Source: the human T2T-CHM13v2.0 reference genome, Homo sapiens
Reading direction: 5' to 3' (one strand)
Assembly: GCF_009914755.1 (NCBI RefSeq)
Contig: NC_060926.1
Length of the DNA: 64,000 bases
Shown here: piece after piece, positions 14,262 to 24,415 of the stretch
Numbering within the stretch: position 1 is the stretch's first letter
Layout: each line of letters opens with the position of its first letter
The notes under the pieces: model-generated
Told to the model about the DNA's origin: nothing
The model's input: the letters and a program-made list of their open reading frames with translations, nothing else
Databases searched by the model: none
Made by a program: the position numbers and the translations under genes

Positions 14262-15175
14262 AGATTCCCTGATTATTAACATCTTATATTAGTATGGTAC
14301 ACTTGTTATAACTAATAAACTGATTTTGACACATGATGATTAACTGAAGTTTTTCTCTTCCAGGATCCTATGCAAGATCCACCACATTTCATTTAGTCAC
14401 CGTGTTTCTTTAGGCTTCTCTTGCCTGTGACTGTTTCTTAGATTTTCCTTATTTTTGATGAGCTTGACATTCTCTAACATCAGGCATTTTGTAGAATATC
14501 CCTCAATTGGGATTTGTCAGATGCTATTCTTATGATTAGACCAGGACTATGGTATTTTTGGAGGAAAAACACAGAAATGAAGTGCTATTTTTAACGTGTC
14601 ATATCAAGAATACATGGTGTCAACATGACTTGCCGCAGATAATGTTAACCTTGATCACCTGGCTGAAATATTGTGTTTTAGGTTTCTTGGCTGTAAAGTT
14701 ACTCCTCTTTCGCCTTTTTTGTGCTGTACTTATTGGAAAAAGTTACTGTGCACCGGCCACACTTCAGGAGTGGAAAGCTGAGGTCAGAGTAACTACATAA
14801 ATTTTTGGGAATTCTCCTACATGGGAGAGGTGTCTCTTTCCCCAGTTATTTATTTAATTATTTATATTTATATTTATATGACTTGTGGATATTTATTTTA
14901 CACTTTGGTTGATAATCCAACCCAAATATTTATTTTGTTGCTCAAAATGTTTCAGTGTTGGCCACTGGAAGCTTGTTCTGCTATCTCTTACTTTCCTTTG
15001 ATACACCCCCATTGGTGTAATTTTTTTTTTTAGCTTTCTCACTTTCTGGCACTATAAGCTACTTGTCTTGCATATTCCCTGTTCCAACCCTAGGATAGAC
15101 TATTTTTGTAAGGAACCCTGGATCCTCTTATTGAAGAATGGTATTAGAAATGAAGACCTTGGCATTGGGCATTAT
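14262..15175 (-). mobile_element. L1MC-type 3' end
   Basis: TTCCAGGATCC...CATTTAGTCACCGTGTTTCTTTAGGCT, TTTGTAGAATATCCCTCAATTGGGATTTGTC, GATCACCTGGCTGA, GGTATTAGAAATGAAGACC. Confidence 0.8.
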
Positions 15176-15284
15176 TACTTCCTTTAACATATAAATAGGG
15201 ACCAAGGATCGCCAGACATTTACATAAATCTTGGAACAAGAAAGAGAAAAATAAAGTTAAATACTCAACAAGATATCCCAAGAA

Positions 15285-15801
15285 CAGCAGTCCCCAACCT
15301 TTTTGGTACCAGGGACTGGTTTCTTGGAAGACAATTTTTCCACAGACCAGGGTGGGGGGATGGTTTCAGGATGATTCAAGCCCGTTACATTTATTGAGCA
15401 TTTTATTTCTATTATTATTATTACATTGTAATATGTAATGAAATAACTATACAATTCACCATAATGTGGAATCAGTGGGAGCCCGAGCTTGTTTTCCTGC
15501 AACCAGACAGTCCCATTTGGGGGTGATGAGAGACAGTGAATCAGGCATTAGATTCTCATTAAAGCATGCAACTTGGATCCCTCACAGGCGCAGCCACAAT
15601 AAGTTCTAGCTCCCAGGAGAATCTACCACCCGCTGATCTGACAGGAGGTGGAGCTCAGGCGGTAATGCGAGCAATGGGGAACAGCTGTAAATACAGATGA
15701 GGCTTCACTCACTCACGTGCCCTCACTGCCTGCTGTGCGGCCTGGTTCATAACAGGCCATGGTTGGATACCCGTCTGTGACCCAGGGTCTGGGGACTCTT
15801 G
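15285..15801 (+). mobile_element. MER1A (hAT-Charlie), near full length
   Basis: TIRs CAGCAGTCCCCAACC ... GGTCTGGGGACTCTTG; exact 8-bp TSD CCCAAGAA (15277-15284 and 15802-15809); 517 bp. Confidence 0.93.
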
Positions 15802-16452
15802 CCCAAGAAAGTAGTGCTAATTCAGGGTATACAAAGAAAAATATGCAGCATCCTCAGTTACAAGATATTGTATCCAAAATTTAAGAACAACATGCTAGGA
15901 AAAATGCTAAATTATATGCATAAGAAAGAACTCAAGGAAAACAGAAAAATGACAAATGCAATTAAAAATTATTTTGAAAGTCAATAGAAGCATTGGAAAA
16001 ATAAAGTCAAAACTCAGAGAAAATAATGCCAAAAGTCATAAGATTGCAGTGTATATAAGAAAAGATAACACTCAGCCATCTATCAAAGGAGCTCAACCAA
16101 GAGTTTTAGAGTAAGAGAACAGTCAAATTGGTGAAGGAGAAGATATTAAAGAAATAATACAAGAGAACTTCTCAGAGTCAAAAGTTATACATCTCTGGAT
16201 GGTTTTGATGGTTGGAAAAGACCATGTCTAGATACATTATTGTGAAATTTAAGAGCACCAAGAATAAATAGAGTATACTAAAAGTTTTCAAAGGAGGAAA
16301 TTACTAGGTCCTTAACAACGGAAAATAGCATTAGATTGACATTAGATGTCTCAACCTCAATACAGGATGTTAGAAAAAAATATGTGAACATTTTCAAAGC
16401 TCCAAGTATAAATACTTTTTCAGTTTGGAATTCTATAACCCAGGAAACTTTC

Positions 16453-16776
16453 TCTTTTTTTTTTTAATTAATTAATTTATTTATTCATTTATTATTATAC
16501 TTTAAGTTCTAGGGTACAAGGGCACAACGTGCAGGTTTGTTACATATGTATACATGCGCCATGTTGGTGTGCTGCACCCATTAACTCGTCATTTACATTA
16601 GGTATATCTCCTAATGCTATCCCTCCCCCATCCCCCCACCCCACGGCAGGCCCCAGTGTGTGATGTTCCCCATCTTGTGTCCAAGTGTTCTCATTGTTCA
16701 ATTCCCACCTATGAGTGAGAACATGCAGTGTCTGGTTTTCTGTCCTTGTGATAGTTTGCTCAGAATGATGGTTTCA
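16453..16776 (-). mobile_element. L1PA (approx. L1PA4-6) 3' fragment
   Basis: T tail then TTATTATACTTTAAGTTCTAGGGTAC...GCACCCATTAACTCGTCATTTACATTAGGTATATCTCCTAATGCTATCCCTCCCC. Confidence 0.93.
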
Positions 16777-17844
16777 ATTAATTATTAGATTAGAATAGAA
16801 ACATTTTCAAACATATGGAGAAGTGGAAAATGCACATTCCATCAGTCTTCCTGAGGAGGTTACCAGATGTCCTCGTTCCAACAAAATGAAGGGGCACATT
16901 ATAACGAAAGGCAGGAGGATGGGAGAGAAAGGAAGTCGTGGGCTTTTCTTGAATAAACAAACATAAATGCCAGAATGACAGCTCTGCAGCAGGCCTCACG
17001 GAGCAGCCTGTCCAGGATAATGCTGCAGGATAAGTGTTCTAGGAGGGTGATATCCAGGAAAAATGTCACATGAAATTTTGCACTATCCCTGAAACTCTGA
17101 ATAACTCATACAGGCTCTAAGGGCAGACAATAGTGCAATTAGAAATGCCAGGAAATAACCAAAACTGCTATAAACAAAACCAAACCAAAACTGTGAGGGA
17201 ATGCTATTCTATAATACCACTTGATGTATATAATATCTATACAGTTGAAATAATGTCAACCCAATTAATTAATGATAGTTGCATAACTCTATTAGGAGCA
17301 GGTGAGATGAAGGTGAATGCCCTTTATAGTAAAGTCTTCATTTATCAGAACAGAAAGTCAATCTACAATGACTAAAATTGAGGAATTCATGAATGGAAAA
17401 GCCTAAATTGTAAAAGTGGCAGTCTCTGGGAGAAGGGTTAGGGTACTTCTGGGGGAAAAAAGAGATTTCTGGGTTTTTATTTCTTATTATTATAAACATC
17501 ACTTTTTTTTTTCTTTTTCAAGTATGTACACGTGCTATTTGCATATAAAATAAAATGCATTACCATTTAATATATACATACAAACTTAGGCAACTAGTTA
17601 AATGTTCTATGGGAGAGGAAACTGGTTTTCTAGTTCTCTGCCTCTCCACTGAGGGAGACAGAGCCTCTGTGCTATCGATTTGGGCATTTTTAGCATATAG
17701 ATGGAATTGAAGCCATAAAGTTTTGAGTTTATCCAAAGAGAATGTGGAAGGACGAGGCAAGAAAGCCTCCGACAGATCCCAGTCATAAGCGAGGTAGGTG
17801 TCATAAGAATCGAGGGAAGAAAATTGAGAGATTGATCAGCGATC

Positions 17845-18072
17845 ATAATATAGCTAACATTTTGAGTTCTTAGTTTGTTTCAGGGAATGTTCTCTTTACA
17901 TATATTAAATCATCTAATTCTCTCCATGAAGTTGATACTACTGTCTATATTTTCCAAATGAAGTAAATAGAGATTAAATTGATTATACACATTTCCCAGG
18001 TTCATAGAGTTTACACTTGCAGGACCTGGGATTATTAAATAGGCATTCCCTTTCTGGAGCTCATATTCTTAA
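17845..18072 (-). mobile_element. MIR
   Basis: ATAGCTAACATTTTGAG...ATTTTCCAAATGAAG...CCCAGGTTCATAGAG...GGAGCTCATATTCTTAAC. Confidence 0.7.
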
Positions 18073-18209
18073 CAATCCGGTTATCCTATTCTGTGGAACC
18101 CTGCCAAGAAATCAAGGATCGGGAACTGAGGGTTCCTTGACTTTAAGGCCCACAGCACACTGGCTTGCCTTGAAGAAGTTCAGCTCCACTTGAACGAGGG
18201 ATGGGGACT

Positions 18210-18330
18210 TACTCAACAAACATTAATCAAAAGTCTAAAATGTGCAAATCTCTGTCTTGGAACACGTGGAAATAGAGAGAACTAAATATGTGGCTCCTAT
18301 ATGCAACAGGCCCATACTTGAGTTGAACTT
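18210..18330 (-). mobile_element. L2 3' fragment
   Basis: CTCAACAAACATTAATCAAAAGTCTAAAATGTGCAAA. Confidence 0.45.
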
Positions 18331-20329
18331 CCCATTCATGACATTCAAGATCTAGAGAAACTATTACAATTAACAGTTCTTTTCTTCTGCCCCACACATT
18401 CCATTACAGAAAAGATGTCCACTTTTGCCCCCCCCCCGAACTATATTCTCCAATTAAGAAATCGATGCTGATTTTATTATCGTTTTTAGGTTCTGTGTGC
18501 ACAGGGACAGCTTGATTATGCTAATCAACATCACTGAGTTTCTAGATTATGCAAGTGCCTTCATTTCAAATCTAGGGATGTTGCAGAACAGCAAATTGGT
18601 TTAATTTGACTTTTTTTTCAATTTGTAAATGTACGTGTTGTGCGTATGTTGCGTATATGTGTGTATTGTGTAGCTACACATCCAGGGAGCCAAGAGCTCT
18701 CACTTTATGATAATGCAGAAAGAAGGCAAAGCTTCTGCTACTGTAAAATGACACTTTCCATCCTTACAAGAGTCCTTTTGTTCCTGGGTTTTCTCTTGCT
18801 ATATTTCCTGAGATTCTTTTCAATTCTTTCCATTCCTTTGTTTTTATTTTTCTCAAATCCCTTCTTTGTTGGTTGTTCTTTCAGGAGACCCTGAAGGGCA
18901 CAAAGGACTGAAGTTACCACAGCATAAAAATGCCAGGAGTTTAGGAACTACTGAGCAAATGAAAGACTGATGCAGAAGCAAACACCTTCACAGAGCATTT
19001 CTATTCTGTTCTAGCCTCTAGGCAGATTCATCTTGCTCGCTCTTTTTATTTCATGCATATTGATTCTAGGACTGTTTTGTACAGCTATCCGCTGTATCTC
19101 CTGACAGAAAAAAGTGAAGGCATATAGATGTGCAATTACACTAGTCCAGCAACACAGCATGATGCATACAGTGAATAAAACACATTCTTTACCAGAGGTT
19201 TGAGCTTTCAGCAAACAGTGTGCCCTAATTTGCCCTAATGTTCTGTCCTCTGAGCTATGGCAGTGATAAGCAGATGATGGTGCAGGGGGCTCCAGCCGAG
19301 CTGAATGGAAGCATACTGAGTTCAAAGCACTTTAGCTTTAAAGCAAACCCCTCATTAAGAAACATGCAATGCAATATTGACTATGGTAAGGATAGAGGCA
19401 ATGGCAAATGAAGACAGCATTGGTAAAAATAGCACACATTTACTCCCAACACCAGTATTTAATCCATTATGAAGTCATTTCTTTGCCTTTTTCTAATTCA
19501 ACATTCCTTTTGAAAGCCTCCTCCAATGCCATTCAATAAAAGCAGCTGTGATTATCTGAGTAGCAGGTTGCAAAGCCTCAGATGGAAGAAAAGGTGGTTA
19601 TTCCAGTGGCAGCCCTAGGAAGCCCAGTGTCTACTGCCCTTCGAGCCAAGAGGCCACCTTTGGATGCTTTCTGAGACCTGGTTCCTCCTGCTATCACACT
19701 TAACCTTTATATGAAGTGTTCTCCTTCATTTAAAATGAGCTATAAAATAAGAGGCTTCAATAAATACAGCACCTGCATCAAGTGGGATTTGAGTGTATAA
19801 ATGTCTCCAAATAGTCCTTATTAATGGTAGCCTGGAGCCACTCCTGTAGCAACAAAGTCCTCAAGAGAAACAGTGACTTGGTCTTAATTCCACCCTCTAG
19901 AAACGTTCTCATTGAAGTTGTCTTACTGAGGAATTATTCTAAATATATATAAGGATATTCTCTCAATTCTAAATGTGTACTGTAGCCTAGAATTTTAAGT
20001 TTCATAGGCTTTCCCTTGATTTAGTAGAATTGACAACTTTGGTGATCTATATTTGGAAATTTCCAAAGCAGATATCTTACTCCATGTAAAATACTGGCTC
20101 CAGATTTTTTGTTAAGTGATTGCTATTTTTCTGTGACCTCATAATAGTTAAATTTAGGACCTGGAATTGCCAACACTTTGCTTCAGCAGAGGTAAAACTG
20201 CTACTTGTGCAGAAGCCAGGGAGGAGGAAACACAGAAGCCGTCCAGGCGGCGTTCATTCATGTGATACAAGCAGCCCTCCCCACCATTTTGCACCTGCTC
20301 TTGCCTACTGTCTGGATCTGGCTCTATTG

Positions 20330-20510
20330 TAACATTCTATACCTTGGTCTTATATTCTCTTATTGGTCTTACATTCTCTTGTTGGTTCTTCTATCAAATT
20401 GTTTTTCTCCTGAGAATTTTCTTGCCTTGCGTTGTTCTATAGCTCCAGCATATGAACAATGCTGGTCACACAGTAGGCATTTAATTATTGCTTTTTACAT
20501 GAATACTTAA
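20330..20510 (+). mobile_element. L2 3' end
   Basis: CTCCAGCATATGAACAATGCTGGTCACACAGTAGGCATTTAATTATTGC...ATGAATA. Confidence 0.55.
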
Positions 20511-21084
20511 TGAAAATCATATCTAAACTTACAGAACTACTGATCCATCTGGGAGGAATCTTAATCAATGCCACATGTGATGAATAAGGAAACATATCGA
20601 CTGCCTAAAAAATCCATGTCTGGAGTAGCAGACCCAGGAGCAAAACTCAGGAAAACCTGCCCCCTCGCTTTGGCTGCTTCACTTGTTTGCAAAGCTCCTT
20701 CAGATTCAGCGTGCATGTGAGCCGGAGATTTGCCCTGAGGTGGAAATATGGGCAAGCAGTGCTTGCCTGAACTGCCAGGAATTCTAAAGCTGCACCAGGG
20801 TTCAGAAAGAGAGAGACAGAGTGCCACTGTTGGTTGGTGATGATTACTGCCTGAGGGTGTGAGTGTGTTGGCGGTTGTGGAGGGAGGGTTTGAGGATCAA
20901 GGGCCACACACATTTAAATAAGCTCCACGTCTCTGAGCACCTGCTTTGTGCAGGTCATTGTAGCACAGGGCTAGGGGTGGCATTTGAAAACAAATGAGGA
21001 ACCTACCTAGGATCAAATATTAAGCAAGCTGGAAAGCTGTCATGAGTTTATGAAATGGTCACTGGACTCTGAAAAGAAACGCGA

Positions 21085-21200
21085 CATCCAAAAATCTGGG
21101 ATTGAGTTCAGAAAAATCTCATTTAGCAGCTGTGTAATCATGGGAAGGTTACTTGAAGTCTCTGAGCTGCGGTATCTTAGAAGGTATTAGGGAGAATGCC
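21085..21200 (+). mobile_element. MIR core
   Basis: CATTTAGCAGCTGTGTAATCATGGGAAGGTTACTTGAAGTCTCTGAGC. Confidence 0.6.
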
Positions 21201-21239
21201 TTTAATAGTCAATAATAGACTAAAGATAGCGTATGTCGT

Positions 21240-21730
21240 AGAATAATTTACTGTCTCATTTAACCCAAAGTAAAGAAGTAGGTACTCCTAGAATTGGTGA
21301 GCTGCATAAACTGTTGATAACGTAAAAACACAGGGACCTCCCCGCTTTGACTCTGTCACATTAAGGATCAGGGTGTTAGAAGTGCCTCCACAGCAGTCAC
21401 AGGGTGGCTGCACCAGCTCCAAAAGTTCAATGCACACACAATGATAATCCAAAGCAAAAAATGGGGAGGCAATGGGAAGCCTCTCCTTGTTGGTCTCTCA
21501 TTATTAGGAAAGAAAATATATCCCAGAAATTTCGCTACAATTCACTGGCTGGAATTGATGCCTTCACCCACACCCCCAAGTCAATCCACAGTGAGGGGAA
21601 GCCACCTGCACGGTTGGTTAAGAGGAGCAGGATTCATTCCCTGGGGCCTGGCCCACTGCGGCGGCAGACCTGAATAGAGTGGGAACGCTGAGAGTAAGGA
21701 GGAAAAGGAATTGGTGTTTGTTAGGAAACC
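21240..21730 (-). mobile_element. Old MaLR LTR (MLT1K/L-like)
   Basis: GGTGGCTGCACCAGCTCCA...CACACAATGATAATCCAAAGC...TCCCAGAA...CACTGGCTGGAATTG...GGATTCATTCCCTGGGGC. Confidence 0.55.
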
Positions 21731-21974
21731 TATCCACCAACCTTTCCTGAGGCTTGAGGTGATGGGAACCGAAGTGCACTTGGTCAGCTATAAATCAGTA
21801 TACGAGGTAAAATTATTTTCATCATAATTATTTTTGCTGACAGTGAGTGTTTGTACCTGGAGCATTTCACCTCATTCCTTCACTAAGAGAAACTCCATAA
21901 TAATAGGTTATCCAAGAAAGGGAAAAGTATCCATTTTTTTCTTGGTTTCTGACCTTAGGTAACAGATCTGGTAG

Positions 21975-22420
21975 CTAGGACAATGAAAGCCTCTGTGCAT
22001 GTTCTCCAAGGGCACTGTGTCCTGTGCCCAATGGAAGGCAAGAGGGTGATGGAGAAGAAGCGTGCAGGGCAAGAAGCAGAGCTGAGGCATGAATGGATGT
22101 TACCTGGGGGCTGCCCCACTCCTGCCAGTCACCCTTCCCTGGGAACATTCCATACACATGTGTCTAGTCTGTGTGGCCCAGCCCGCTGGTCAGAATGAAC
22201 TGGTCCCAGGGAGGACACTGGACTGCAGCTGGTGCAGTCGTTTCCTCTTGCCTTGAAAATTGGGAACGGAGAGACACAAAACTAGAAGTTGCTGCAGCAG
22301 AACACCCTACAAGACAGAGCTGGAGCTGTGGTAGGAAGGCCCCTGTCCTCCAGCTCCTGAAGTTCCTAGCATGGCCCAGGCCCTTTAGATTTCACGGGAG
22401 ACTAACAGCGTGCTTATGAG
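21975..22420 (+). mobile_element. Old ERVL/MaLR LTR (LTR16-like) fragment
   Basis: AACTGGTCCCAGGGAGGACACTGGACTGCAGCTGGTGCAGTCG...AATTGGGAACGGAGAGA resembles the LTR16/MLT1 core. Confidence 0.35.
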
Positions 22421-22715
22421 GAGAGTAATTGTGAACTAAACAAGCTGTTCTCTCATCCCCTACTCCCCTTTTTCCTTTGATATTGTTCACCTTTGACCAC
22501 TGACCCACCACTACTGACACTGGGTCAGTGGGTCTCTTCCTACCTTCAGAGTTTCAAAATTTTAGGTTCTGAGGTGAGAATAGAAATAATTCCACACACA
22601 TAAAATAAATTTGGCAGTCCAATCTTTTCTCAGGTTGATAAAGAGTATCTGTCTGGGTAGAGGAGAATCCCAGGGAAATCAATGAGGGCTCAGATGCTGA
22701 TGGTTTTTGCCACCA

Positions 22716-22822
22716 TGTACACACATTCTCACACACACATACATGCATGCACATGCACACACAAATCCATGCACATGTTCACACAGATATACATGCACTT
22801 GTGTACACACACACACACACAT
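22716..22822. repeat. CA/CATG-rich simple repeat
   Basis: Directly visible. Confidence 0.85.
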
Positions 22823-23327
22823 TTACCACCACTCCTGTACCACCCAAAATTGATCCTAGATTGCGGTGATGAAACTCCCAATTTAGTTTGTAGGATCTGA
22901 AAACAGAGAAATGGTTTTCTCTTTCCTTGGAAGAGTCATAGGACTCCAGAAGAATGACTGTGCAGGTGACTAGACAGAAAAACATTAGAGTCTCACTGAG
23001 ATCCTGGTACCTTGGTACACCATAGGAGGAGAAACAATGCACTGGTGTGCAGCCGAGCAAGGAATGATACTGAAGAGGCGACAGCTCCTGGGTCTGAAAA
23101 GTCTACAGAGACAACAGAACAACCACTGGCCTGGACCTCTCCACAGATGTTGGTGTGAGCAGAGGGCCCTGAGGACAGAGCCACACTGCAGGCCACTGAG
23201 GTCCTCTTCCCTTAGATCCATATGTAAGTCTGAGTGAAAGGCGGTACAGCTAAGGGATAACTGCTGTGGGATGGGGGTTGAAATAGAAAAGAAATGAGTT
23301 TTAGAAAGGGAAATAATATTTCTGGCA

Positions 23328-23346
23328 CATATATATATATATATAT
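23328..23346. repeat. (TA)n microsatellite
   Basis: Directly visible. Confidence 0.85.
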
Positions 23347-23552
23347 GTTTGTGAACTGAGATTTATACTCATGATACTTTCAACAAATTTCTTTTTATGC
23401 TTAAAAGCCACATAGAATGCAATTTTTCTGGAGGTATTTTTTTTTATTTATTTGTTTTGCTTCAATCAAAATACATAAACCAATACCAAAAGACATCTCA
23501 TCCAGGTCTTTGTGCTGCAGCTACCAGACAAGCAGACTGTAGGAGTTTTTAT

Positions 23553-23865
23553 TTCCTTCTTTCTTTCTTTTTTTTTTTTTTTTTGAGGCAGAGTCTCACT
23601 CTGTCGCCCAGGCTAGAGTGCAGTGGCCCAGTCTCGGCTCACTGCAACCTCCGCCTCCCAGGTTCAAGCAATTCTCCTGCCTCAGCTCCAGAGTAGCTAG
23701 GATTACAGACATGCACCACCACACCTGGCTAGTTTTTTGTATTTTTAGTAGAGACAGTGTTTCACCATGTTGGCCAGGCTGGTCTTTAACTCCTGACCTC
23801 AGGTGATCTACTCGCCTTGGCCTCCCAAAGTGCTGGGACTACAGATGTGAGCCACCACGCCCGGA
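23553..23865 (-). mobile_element. AluS (AluSx-like)
   Basis: Full dimer with T tail; TGACCTCAGGTGATC. Confidence 0.95.
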
Positions 23866-23888
23866 CTCTCATTTTGTTTTAACTAAAG

Positions 23889-24160
23889 TTTTTATTGAAA
23901 AAGTACATGCATACACAAAATTATGCAAATTGTAATCATCCAGCTTGATGAATTATCACAAATCAATCACCCATGTGACCAACAGTCATACTAATAAATT
24001 GAATGTCACATCTCTCAAACCCCTCCCAGTCATTGCCACATCCATTGTTTCCAAGGATTAACACTAGTCAGACTTCCCACATCACTATTAGCTTTGCCTA
24101 TTACGGTCTTTTATAGCCACAGAATCAGGTATGTATATTCATGTCTGATTTCTTTCATTC
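23889..24160 (-). mobile_element. L1ME 3' end fragment
   Basis: TTTTATTGAAA...CAGCTTGATGAATTATCACAAA...CACCCATGTGACCA...CCTCCCAGTCA. Confidence 0.65.
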
Positions 24161-24209
24161 TCTTTCTGTTTCTTTCCCTATGCCTCCTCCACCGCACATA
24201 CAACACTTC

Positions 24210-24415
24210 TACACTAAATATCCCAGTCATTTCCTACACACTTCTGAAACAGTATACATTTATTCACTTATGATTTATTTTTGATCTATCCACAGTGTAA
24301 TAATTTTGGACAGTAGTCTCGTCTGCCTTACTCACCACTGCAATTTCAATACATAACAGTGCCTGACATCAGTAGGTGTTCAATAAATATTTGTGGAGTG
24401 CATAAATTAATGATT
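24210..24415 (+). mobile_element. L2 3' end
   Basis: AACAGTGCCTGACATCAGTAGGTGTTCAATAAATATTTGTGGAGTG. Confidence 0.75.

Larger units (their letters stand above)
15180..17555 (+). mobile_element. HAL1-like (ORF1-only L1 relative) remnant, interrupted by MER1A and L1PA
   Basis: Degenerate ORF1-like text (AAAGAAATAATACAAGAGAACTTCTCAGAG, TAGATACATTATTGTGAAATT, GAATTCTATAACCCAGGAAACT) followed by GAATGACAGCTCTGCAGCAGGCCT rather than ORF2. May extend upstream to ~13650. Confidence 0.6.
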
